IMG/VR virus record: IMGVR_UViG_3300037882_002905
Location: 1-55,656 of that record
From: a virus
Lineage: Duplodnaviria > Caudoviricetes
Strand: one strand, 5' to 3'
Length of the DNA: 55,656 nucleotides
Positions 1 to 8,900 of this stretch are shown one piece after another. The notes beneath the pieces were generated by a model, which saw nothing but the letters and a program-made list of their open reading frames with translations, was not told the DNA's origin and did no database searches. The position numbers and the translations under genes were made by a program. Every line of letters begins with the position of its first letter. The stretch's first letter is position 1.

Positions 1-6
1 ATCACG

Positions 7-123
7 CATATCATAGATATCCAACATACCATAGATATGATGCGTATTCGTCCTATCATAGATACCATTCATATGATTGATAGCCAATGTATGTTGGATA
101 TCCAATGTATCCGCAATACATAG
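7..123. repeat. Phased array of 13 degenerate 9-bp units (GATATC-like hexamer + 3 bp); centromere (parC/parS)-like
   Basis: Units: catatcata gatatccaa cataccata gatatgatg cgtattcgt cctatcata gataccatt catatgatt gatagccaa tgtatgttg gatatccaa tgtatccgc aatacatag. TA is invariant at positions 3-4. Includes a perfect 14-bp inverted repeat at 16-29/89-102. Function is inferred. Confidence 0.75.
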
Positions 124-136
124 AATGCACAGACGC

Positions 137-165
137 GAAAAAGCCGACGGCGTGTCGGCTTTTTC
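137..165. terminator. Bidirectional intrinsic terminator
   Basis: gaaaaagccgac-ggcgt-gtcggctttttc, just downstream of the minus-strand repressor gene. Confidence 0.8.
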
Positions 166-179
166 TGAGCTAGAGTCTT

Positions 180-713
180 TCAAGTGGCAGGTGATTTCCG
201 AACGGCCTTTCGCTCATCGCTTTCTTTGTCCATCTTCTTCAGATGAGCCTGAACGTCTTCAAGCTGACTCAATACCTGTTTGCTAGTTGCCTTTTTCATA
301 TCTGCCACAAAGCTTGGCATTCCTGCCAGGTTGATGTCTAGGCCATTAAGCTGTTCGCGCAAAATGGCGATGATTTTCATTTCGTTCGCGGTGACAAGGC
401 GGTCGCCCATTACTGAGTTGATCGAATCCCAAAGTTCAGCATTGCTTTCGGATATCACCTTACCGAGAAGGAATACCGGGTCGAGTTGCAAAACTTTCGC
501 AGCAGCAATCGCCTTGTTGTCCGGCAGCCGCATCGCTCCAGTCTTCATCATGGCGATCACATTTGGTCGAGTGTAGCCGAGCGCTTTCTGCACTACGGTG
601 TTGTCAATGCCGAGCTCATCGATGCGTATTCGTATCAGGTCCTTGACCATTAGGCCAGACAGGCGGCGGTCTCGATTACGGAAGCTCTTGGTTTCCGTGG
701 AATCTGTTTTCAT
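180..713 (-). CDS. XRE/CI-like HTH transcriptional repressor (177 aa)
   Basis: HTH-like segment NTVVQKALGYTRPNVIAMMKTG..LP; divergent from the main operon. Start moved to ATG 713 (GGAG RBS; TATAAT at 768-763 lies inside the longer ORF call). Confidence 0.75.
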   Translation of the reverse strand: MKTDSTETKSFRNRDRRLSGLMVKDLIRIRIDELGIDNTVVQKALGYTRPNVIAMMKTGAMRLPDNKAIAAAKVLQLDPVFLLGKVISESNAELWDSINSVMGDRLVTANEMKIIAILREQLNGLDINLAGMPSFVADMKKATSKQVLSQLEDVQAHLKKMDKESDERKAVRKSPAT

Positions 714-749
714 ACGTTTCTCCAAAGATGTTAAAATACCGACCTTATC

Positions 750-906
750 AGTCAGTATTGACATTATAGCGTTGCAGCGATGGACTTTCGGCATCATACT
801 TGATGCGACTTTTTCTTGTGCAATTCCATGAATTAAGCTCCGACTAATTGCGGAGTAGGTACGCTACAGCACATAAAACACTATAATGCCCAAGTCACTA
901 ATGACT
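750..906. promoter_or_regulatory. Divergent promoter switch with two AGTCA-N4-TGACT operators
   Basis: Minus-strand TATAAT 768-763 abuts AGTCA-gtat-TGACA (750-763); plus-strand TATAAT 882-887 is followed by AGTCA-ctaa-TGACT (893-906). Confidence 0.75.
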
Positions 907-925
907 TACTTTAACTAAGGAAAAT

Positions 926-1111
926 ATGCAGTCTTTTGCATTCAAAAATGTCCGCACTGTAACGACAGAAGATGCCGCCACCCTCATTGAGGAAAAAAGT
1001 ATTACATCTAAGCTTTCTTACGGCTCGCTGAATTTGACTGTATTTCATGAACATGGCGTTGAAACTGTTTTGATCGAAAGCGCCGGGGGCGAATGTCTCC
1101 TAGTTGGATAG
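926..1111 (+). CDS. Small hypothetical protein
   Basis: AAGGA RBS; first gene after the promoter at 882. Confidence 0.7.
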   Translation: MQSFAFKNVRTVTTEDAATLIEEKSITSKLSYGSLNLTVFHEHGVETVLIESAGGECLLVG

Positions 1112-1204
1112 GTTTCAGAACGAAAGCTCGGCTTCGTTGAATCGCCGGGCACATTTCCAAGACTTTATTCTTAAAGTCACAGCATCAAAGAACAGGTGCA
1201 AATT

Positions 1205-3460
1205 ATGAAAAAAGATATTTCAATTATCCGTGAATCGATTTCACGAATCGTATCCATGCTGACGCGCCAATCCATCGATGTGACGCAGCGTGGATCGCGC
1301 GCTTTCGTTTCGTATCACCCGAAAACTGGCGAAATCATGGGATTGAATATCCCGTACATACCTGATGACGCCAGCGATGAATTCATTTGCGCCATTCAGG
1401 GCTTCCTGGATCACGAGGTCGGTCACGTCCTTCATACAGATTTTGCCGCCGCGAAGGGTGCAGCAAAAGCTGGCAAGCGAGTCGCCAACATCGCCAACGT
1501 GATTGAAGATGTGTTCGTTGAGCGCAAGATGTCCGAGATGTTTCGTGGCTCCGGCACAAACCTTGAAAATACTCGCAAGTTCTATCTGGAGAAGATCGCT
1601 CGTGTCAAGATCGACGCCGCGCTCAAGGCGGGTGATATCGAGATGGCGCGAGGGTACGCTAGCGTTGCTGCGTTCCGTGCGTGGGGTGGTCAAACCAGCG
1701 CGCAGGACTTTATCAAACAGCCGCACATCGCCGAGTTAGTTCTTCCAGTTCAAGAGAAGCTTGGTCCAGAGCTCATTAGCAAGATCGCCGCATGCAATAG
1801 CAGTGCCGACTGTCTTAACCTGGCCAAGTTGTTCAAGGGAAAGCTTGAGACGCCAAAGCCACCTCCACCGCCACCCGAACCTAAGCCCGTAGTGCCACCA
1901 CCGCCGCCACCGCCATCTGAGCCTGAATCAGATGACGAGCCGGCTGAAGAGCCAGGTGAGGGCGGGGAAGTTGCCACAAAGGCAGAGGGTTCGGAGGATC
2001 TCGGAACTGAAGATCGTGAAAAGTCTGATGCGCCAACCGACGCTTCAGAAGGCGATGCCGCAGATGGTGGCTCAGAAGATGTGCCTGAAGACGCCGAGGG
2101 TGGTGCGGGCGGCGAGGGCGTAGACCCAGAGGAGGGTGCAGCTGAAGATGGGTCGGACGAAGGTGCCGATATGTCATCTCTGCCAGACACTTCCGGGCCG
2201 CCAGAATTGCCAGCAGCGTCAGAGGAGTCTGAAACTGATGATACATCTGATACTTCAGATACATCGGATACATCCGATACACGCGACACATCGGCTACGC
2301 CCGACAAGTCAGATGATTCATCCGGGCCAGATACCGCAGGAGGTTCTGATGCGCCGGAAGAGTTAGATAAGCGCGAGCCCGGCTCAGGCCCCGAATCGAG
2401 CGACTCGGTTGCCGAGTCTGACGACATGGCGCGGTCGGGGGAAGCTGATGCTGAGCCTGAAGAAGACGACATGACGGATATGTTCGACACCGAGCGAGAC
2501 TTTGACAAGGATATGTCTGAAGCACTGAGTGCCGACGCTGAGAAGGAAATATCGAAGTCTAAGTACGCCGTGTTCTCAACCGACTGGGACAAGATAGAGC
2601 CAGCGCCAGTGTGTGTGCGTCCATCGACAGTCGAGCGCTTGGACCACAGCGTGAAAAACAAACTGAGCGTGATGCAGAAACAACTGGAACGTGCAATGGC
2701 GGCGCAAGCTCGCAAGGCTTGGAACCCCGGCATGCGGCGTGGTCGTATTGCTCCTGGCAGCCTCTACAAGGTTGTCGCCAATGATGATCGCATCTTTCGC
2801 CAGCGCTTTGAGACTCGTGCCAAGAACACTGTCGTTTCCCTTGTGATTGACTGTTCTGGCTCGATGGGCGGCGACGACAAGATTGGTTTAGCTGGATTGT
2901 CCGCTTACGCTCTTTCTTGTGTGATGGAGCGCATCAAGCTTCAGTACGAAGTGCTTGGATTTACCACACGGAATGGCGGGGAACTACAGCATTACATGAG
3001 GGAAGATGCCGCATCCCACGGCAAATCCATTTACGAAATGCAGTGGGGCCGGATTGAGCCCTTGTACATTCCAGTCTTTAAGCCATTCGATTCCAAGCTT
3101 AATAACCTCGCGAAGAGCCGTATCGCGCACTTAACTGAGTCGCCGAAGTATCTTTTGCAGAACGTAGATGGCGAGTCAATACAAATTGCAGGCCGCAGGC
3201 TTCTTGCCCAAAAGGCAGAGCGTCACGTGATGATTGTTCTGTCAGACGGCGAGCCCGCAGCGCAGGCGGCGCGCAACCTGCCGGCTCACTTGAAGTCTGT
3301 GGTCAAGGAGATGACCAAGAAAGGCATCGAGGTTATCGGCATTGGCATTCAGAGTGACGCCGTAGAGGCATACTATCCAAAGCATATCGTTATCAACGAC
3401 GCTTCGGAGCTGCCAACTCGCGTGATGGCTGAATTGACAAAGCTGCTTTTGGCCCCGTAA
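1205..3460 (+). CDS. CobT-like protein: N-terminal HExxH domain, Pro/acidic linker, C-terminal VWA domain
   Basis: LDHEVGH motif; MIDAS motif DCSGSM; NVDGE; VLSDGEP; adjacent to a CobS-like ATPase. Confidence 0.85.
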   Translation: MKKDISIIRESISRIVSMLTRQSIDVTQRGSRAFVSYHPKTGEIMGLNIPYIPDDASDEFICAIQGFLDHEVGHVLHTDFAAAKGAAKAGKRVANIANVIEDVFVERKMSEMFRGSGTNLENTRKFYLEKIARVKIDAALKAGDIEMARGYASVAAFRAWGGQTSAQDFIKQPHIAELVLPVQEKLGPELISKIAACNSSADCLNLAKLFKGKLETPKPPPPPPEPKPVVPPPPPPPSEPESDDEPAEEPGEGGEVATKAEGSEDLGTEDREKSDAPTDASEGDAADGGSEDVPEDAEGGAGGEGVDPEEGAAEDGSDEGADMSSLPDTSGPPELPAASEESETDDTSDTSDTSDTSDTRDTSATPDKSDDSSGPDTAGGSDAPEELDKREPGSGPESSDSVAESDDMARSGEADAEPEEDDMTDMFDTERDFDKDMSEALSADAEKEISKSKYAVFSTDWDKIEPAPVCVRPSTVERLDHSVKNKLSVMQKQLERAMAAQARKAWNPGMRRGRIAPGSLYKVVANDDRIFRQRFETRAKNTVVSLVIDCSGSMGGDDKIGLAGLSAYALSCVMERIKLQYEVLGFTTRNGGELQHYMREDAASHGKSIYEMQWGRIEPLYIPVFKPFDSKLNNLAKSRIAHLTESPKYLLQNVDGESIQIAGRRLLAQKAERHVMIVLSDGEPAAQAARNLPAHLKSVVKEMTKKGIEVIGIGIQSDAVEAYYPKHIVINDASELPTRVMAELTKLLLAP
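2240..2293 (+). repeat. Six tandem 9-bp GATACAtcn units inside the CobT linker (Asp-Thr-Ser repeats)
   Basis: gatacatct gatacttca gatacatcg gatacatcc gatacacgc gacacatcg. Confidence 0.85.
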
Positions 3461-3469
3461 GTGGCAGTC

Positions 3470-3483
3470 AGTCATTGATGACT
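3470..3483. promoter_or_regulatory. AGTCA-N4-TGACT operator
   Basis: AGTCA-ttga-TGACT in the cobT-cobS gap. Confidence 0.7.
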
Positions 3484-3563
3484 ACTTGTGATACACTGCC
3501 GAGTTATCACTTGCACAATTAAGTTTGTTGAGTTTGACTAATTTTTATTTTTCTGGAGCTGTT

Positions 3564-4730
3564 ATGACGACACCAACCCCTTCCACAGATACCCGCATCA
3601 AATGCGAGGAATGTGGCGCACTCATTCACGCTGTTGAGCATCACCTGAAGGAAGCTCACCCTGAGCTCACGCTGGAGCAGTACCGCAAAGCACACCCGGA
3701 TGCGCCTGTGTTCAGCAAGTTGGCACTGATCAAGCTGGAAGAAATGCGCAAGACAAAAGCCGCGTCTGCGGCATCCGAGTCAGTCAGCACTGACGTAGCC
3801 GCCCCCAAGACGGCATTGCATGAGTTGTTTGGCTTGGGTGTAACGCCGGCCGCCATGAGCTCGGGCGGCAAGCCCATCATGTTGTCTGTCTGTGAGCCTG
3901 ATGCATCGCATCAAAACATGGTTCCAGACATCGATCCAAACTACGTCTTCAACCTGGATGTCTTGAAAACCCTGCTCATGGGCATTGAGACAGGCATTCC
4001 CGTCTACCTGTGGGGCCACGCTGGCACGGGTAAGACCTCGATCTTTGAGCAGATCGCCGCCCGCACCCGCCGCGCCTTCATGCGTGTTCAGCACACTGCT
4101 AACATGGAAGAAGAGCACATCGTTGGTGGTTGGCGCTTCCGTGACGGCAAGACCACCTTTGAGCTCGGCCCATTGCCACTCGCCATGAAATATGGCTGGA
4201 TGTATGTCGCCGACGAATACGACTTTGGCCGACCCGAGGTCACTTCAGTCTATCAGGCGGTTCTTGAGGGCAAGCCTCTCGTCATCAAGGAAGCTGACGC
4301 CGAGAATCGCGTCATTCGCCCACACCCGAATTTCCGCATGGTTGGCACTGGTAACACCAATGGCCAGGGCGACGAGTCTGGCTTGTATCAGGGCACAACC
4401 TTACAGAACGCCGCGAACTACGAGCGCTTCGGAATTGTCGAACAGATGCCCTACATGGACCCCAAGCAGGAGGCCCGGGTCGTGTCTCAACAGGCTCGTA
4501 TCCCACTGAAGGATGCTGAGAAGCTGGTGGACTTTGCCAAGCGAGTTCGCACAGAGTTTGATGGCGGCAAGTTGGGTAACCCAATTTCTCCACGCTCGCT
4601 GATCTACGCGGCCCAGATTGGAATCATGCGCGGCAACTACCGCATCGGTCTGGAGAAGGCGTTCGTCAACCGTCTGACTTCGGTTGACCGTGAGTCTGCC
4701 TCTCAGTTGGCGCAGCGCGTCTTCGCATAA
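3564..4730 (+). CDS. CobS/MoxR-like AAA+ ATPase with N-terminal zinc finger
   Basis: CEECG..H..HL..H; Walker A GHAGTGKT; Walker B YVADEYD; HPNFR..TGNT; SPRSL. GGAG RBS before ATG 3564. Confidence 0.9.
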   Translation: MTTPTPSTDTRIKCEECGALIHAVEHHLKEAHPELTLEQYRKAHPDAPVFSKLALIKLEEMRKTKAASAASESVSTDVAAPKTALHELFGLGVTPAAMSSGGKPIMLSVCEPDASHQNMVPDIDPNYVFNLDVLKTLLMGIETGIPVYLWGHAGTGKTSIFEQIAARTRRAFMRVQHTANMEEEHIVGGWRFRDGKTTFELGPLPLAMKYGWMYVADEYDFGRPEVTSVYQAVLEGKPLVIKEADAENRVIRPHPNFRMVGTGNTNGQGDESGLYQGTTLQNAANYERFGIVEQMPYMDPKQEARVVSQQARIPLKDAEKLVDFAKRVRTEFDGGKLGNPISPRSLIYAAQIGIMRGNYRIGLEKAFVNRLTSVDRESASQLAQRVFA

Positions 4731-4738
4731 GGCACACA

Positions 4739-5344
4739 ATGCAAACACTTACGCCAGCTAAGAAGACTTATGCCAATGATGGCTCACTAGAGTCGGTTCA
4801 GAACCTACTCACCAGGCTGGCGGGCAAGTGCTACCGCCGGGTGGCTGCGATGGGTCTGAGTATGGAGTTCGACGATGTTCTTCAGGAGATGCGTCTGAGC
4901 TACGTGAAGGCGAAAGCCGCATGGAAGCCAGATGGCGGTAGCCGCTTTTCGACTTACTGCCAGACCGCCTGCATCAACAATTTCAACAACGCCATTCGCA
5001 AGATGGAATCGGAGCGTGCTGAATTGGGCATGGTGTCGATCAACGCCTTCTCAGGCGAAGATATCGACGGCGCAATCGACCCGATGGAGATCATGCTGAA
5101 TGCCGCTGGCGACAAGAGTGACCTTCCGGAAGCTCGTCTTGAAGGCGCGCAAGAGCTCCAGAGAAACCTCAAGGGATTGTCGCCTGGCGCCATGCGTCTT
5201 GTGAACCTTCTCTTTCAGGCAGAGCAGCGCGGTTCGAACTACTCCACAAGTCTTCGCCTGCTCTCTACGGCTGCCAATTTGAAAGGCGACGAGCTTGTGC
5301 GTGTCAAGGCTGAGATTGAAAAGAAATTTGGAGTCAAATGGTAG
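4739..5344 (+). CDS. Sigma-70 family-like factor (region 2 recognisable)
   Basis: DDVLQEMRLSYVKAKAAWKPDGGSRFSTYCQTACIN resembles sigma region 2.2-2.4; no clear region 4. Confidence 0.7.
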   Translation: MQTLTPAKKTYANDGSLESVQNLLTRLAGKCYRRVAAMGLSMEFDDVLQEMRLSYVKAKAAWKPDGGSRFSTYCQTACINNFNNAIRKMESERAELGMVSINAFSGEDIDGAIDPMEIMLNAAGDKSDLPEARLEGAQELQRNLKGLSPGAMRLVNLLFQAEQRGSNYSTSLRLLSTAANLKGDELVRVKAEIEKKFGVKW

Positions 5345-5940
5345 TTCAAAAAGAGCCGCTGGGCTGCTATGGACTGCCATCTGCTGTCAGCTTTAACTCA
5401 CCCACTTGCCGTGGGTGCTCTTGCTCTTCGGGTTGTTTGTCTGTCGGAAAGGCGCTTCTGGAGTCTTTCCCCGATACCGAATCTATTGCACGTGAGCGCC
5501 AAGTATTTGCAGTGACGTTTCGTGCGTTTGCAAGCTCGCCACCGCGAAGCGCTCATGGTAAGGGACAGGTTGTCGTTGTGGAAAGCACACGCGGTGTTCG
5601 CCGAATCAAGCTGACGCCCGAGCAGCTGGATACGCTTAGCAGATTCCCAGCCAAAGTTGGCAGTCAGGTTCGCTCGCTCATGGAGCGCGGTTGGTTTGAT
5701 TTTGCCAAGAACGAACTTAGGCATGGGCGCAATCCATCCAACAAAGGATGGAAGAAAGTCTTCTGTGACGCTCTTCTGAATGGAAGGTCTTCAAGGGCCG
5801 AGCTGGTGATTGCGCTGGCAGAGCAAATGGGCATGACGGCCAAAAGCGCCACGGTTCAAGTCAGTGTTGGGATGTCCATCTTCGCAGCGGGTCGAATTGC
5901 CAGCGAAGTCTTCGGGAAACTGCACTTGACTCCGAACTGA
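5338..5940 (+). CDS. Hypothetical protein with Cys-rich N-terminus and possible C-terminal winged helix
   Basis: GCYG...CRGCSCSSGC; start overlaps the upstream gene. Confidence 0.65.
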   Translation: MVVQKEPLGCYGLPSAVSFNSPTCRGCSCSSGCLSVGKALLESFPDTESIARERQVFAVTFRAFASSPPRSAHGKGQVVVVESTRGVRRIKLTPEQLDTLSRFPAKVGSQVRSLMERGWFDFAKNELRHGRNPSNKGWKKVFCDALLNGRSSRAELVIALAEQMGMTAKSATVQVSVGMSIFAAGRIASEVFGKLHLTPN

Positions 5941-5979
5941 TCGGTTGATCATAAGGTCAGTAAATTAAAAGAGAGATAC

Positions 5980-8900
5980 ATGAATCCGCTACAAGTTGCA
6001 CTATCTGTCAGGACTGACTATTCGCTCGGGGAGTCTAGCTTCCAGATCGGCAAGATTATCGAACAGGCGAAAAAGCTCCAACTTACCCACATTGGCATTG
6101 CCGACTACATGACAGTCTCTGCGATGCCAACGCTCGCCGAGAAGGCTAAAAAAGCGGGTATCGAAATCATTACCGGCGTCACGATCCAAGTGGTTGACGA
6201 TCCGGTCGCCAAGATCAAAGACCGGGAGAATAACGGCTACCGTCTGAAGGTGTACTCCAAGACAGAGAAGGGCACTCATGCCATTTTCGCTGCCCTGAGC
6301 AAATCTCTTGAGCCTGACAACTTCTACTACCATCCTCGCCTGGGCCTGGACGATGTTCTTGCTCTGGAAGATGTCGTTGTCACCACAGGCGATACACACA
6401 GTCTGTGGCGTCACCCGGACTTTCAGGTAATCCATCACAAGCTCCTTGAGCGATTCGGGTCTGACTTGTACGAGGAGTTGGTGGCAATCAATACGCCACT
6501 CTACGACAAGATGAATCAGATTGCCCTGAAGATGGCGCCAAACCCTAACAACGTGATCATCACGCGGCCATCCTTCTACGCTGAGCCTGATGATGCCGAC
6601 GCTACCGATGTGCTGCGCGCCATCACTAGCAATACGCCAATGAGTTCGAATTTTCTCGCTCGTCCATATACGCGAGACATGTGCCTAATGTCGCCCTTGC
6701 AGATGGTCAGGCAGTCACGCGAGGCAATACATCGCTCCAGCGCCCAGGCGGCCGTAGCGGGCGTGAGCGCTTCAACGGCACTGACTTCGATGACTTTGCT
6801 GGCGGAAAAATGCAGCTATCGGTTCAAAAAGATGGCGCCATCGATGCCCAAGATGGCACCTGACGAGTTTAAGGCGCTGTGTGCAGCCGTTGCTGTGGGC
6901 TGGAAAGATCGTCTTTCAAGCCCAGTGTGGGGCCACCAGCCAGCTGAGGCAGAGCTGCCTGTCTACCGAGAGCGCCTGAAGTTCGAACTCGCCGTGCTTG
7001 GCAAGATGGGCTTCTCTGGCTACTTTTTGCTGGTGCAAGACATCGTGAAGTGGTCAAAGGACAGCGGTATTCTTGTCGGCCCGGGTCGTGGGTCGGTTGG
7101 CGGCTCTTTGGTTGCGTACCTCATGGGCATTACTGACATCGACCCGATCCGGTTTGACCTCCTATTCGAGCGATTTATCAATCCTGACCGTACCGACTTG
7201 CCTGATGCCGACCTGGACTTCATGTCTGGCAAGCGTCACATGGTGGTGGACTACATCATCAGCAAGTATGGCAAGGAGAACGTCGCGGGTATCGTCAACT
7301 TCTCCACCCTCGGGGCGGCATCGGCGCTGCGCGACACCGCGCGGCTGCATGAGCTTGACCCTTGGGAATATGCCTGCTCAAAGCAGATGGAGAAAGAACA
7401 CGGCGTTTCTGTTGGTCTTACCGAGTCTGCCGAGCGTGTCCCGGATATTGAAAAGTTCAAGAACGAGCGGCCTGTTTTGTGGGACTTTGCGCTGCGCCTG
7501 GAGGGTTCCAACCGCTCCCTGTCACAGCATGCCGCTGGCGTGATCGTCTCGGGTGAGCCAGTTGTGAACCGTGCCGTCGTCTCTACCCGTGGAGAATTGC
7601 CTGTTGTTCAGTGGGACAAGACACAAGTCGAGAACTTCGGACTGATCAAGATCGATATCTTGGGCCTCAACACGCTGGACTTGATTGACACGGCGCTTGA
7701 CTACGTCAAGGGGCGTCACGGTAAGTCGATTGATATTCTCAAGCTGCCGCTGGATGACGAATACGTTTTGCAAGCATTCGCCAAGGGCGACAGCACAGGC
7801 GTCTTCCAGTTTAGCGGGGCGGGCATGAAGAAGCTCCTACGCGAGATGGCGATGGGCGGCCCACTCACGTTTGAAGACCTGTGCGCCGCCACCGCGCTGT
7901 TTCGTCCAGGTCCTCTCGATGCGGGCATGTGTGATCGCTACGTCCAGGTGAAACAGGGCGCGACAGTTCCGCACTACGAACACCCGCTGCTGGAAGAATG
8001 TCTGAGCGAAACCTTCGGGGTGATTGTCTATCAGGAACAGGTGATGAAAATCTGCCGAGTTCTTGCGGGCATGACCCCGGGCCAGGCGGACTCTGTGCGT
8101 AAAGCTATGGGTAAGAAAGATGCCGAGAAGATGGCTGAATACAAGACCATCTTTATTGAAGGCGCTTCGAAGTCGGGTATGGCACCTTCCGCAGCCGATC
8201 AGCTTTGGGAGAATATCGCAGGCTTCGCCGGCTATGGTTTCAACAAGAGCCATAGTTATGAGTACACACTACTGTCCTGGGTCACCATGTGGCTGAAGGT
8301 TCACTATCCAGCCGAGTTCTTCGCGGCGGCCATGACGGTGATTGATGATGACGACAAGCTCGCGCCGCTCGTCACCGATGCGCAGTCCCGAAAGCTCCAG
8401 GTGTTGCCACCTGATCTGAACAAGTCTAGCGCCCGAATCGAGATCGAAGGCGAAGACAAGCTGTACGCACCATTTCAAGCCATCAAGGGCATCAGTTCCA
8501 ATGTATCAGCAGCCATTGTCAAGCTGCGCGAGTACGGAAACCACGACACCGGGTGTCTCGCAGGCGTATTTACGCGAAGCGCCAAGGGCGACATCATGGA
8601 GCTCGACCCGATAATTCAGAAGATTGTTCTGGGTGGCGTCAAGGTGAACGTGACCGCCCGCGAGAAATTGGCCAGGGTGGGTGCATTCCATTCGATTGAT
8701 GGGATAGGGCACAAGGCAACTCATCCAGACCGTCTGAAGGATCGTCTTGAACTCTGCCCCGGCTTTACGGTGGATATGGTTAAGCCAGATCGTGTGCTCA
8801 GTGTGGATCACATTACCAAGCTCAAGATTACTGCCATGATCCAGGGCACGAAGACCTGTGACGGCTGCTCTCTGCGTGGTGCTCCGCATCCGTTGCCCCG

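Noticed and set aside
77-286. 69-aa plus-strand ORF
   Set aside because: It runs through the repeat array and terminator and is antisense to the repressor gene; no RBS.
714-797. N-terminal 28 codons of the 205-aa ORF call
   Set aside because: This stretch contains the gene's own -10 box and operator; the RBS supports ATG 713.
1750-2733. 327-aa Ser/Pro-rich minus-strand ORF
   Set aside because: Antisense shadow of the low-complexity CobT linker.
1205-4730. Cobalamin biosynthesis (cobaltochelatase) role
   Set aside because: No cobN or other cob genes; phage CobS/CobT-like pairs are generic MoxR/VWA systems.
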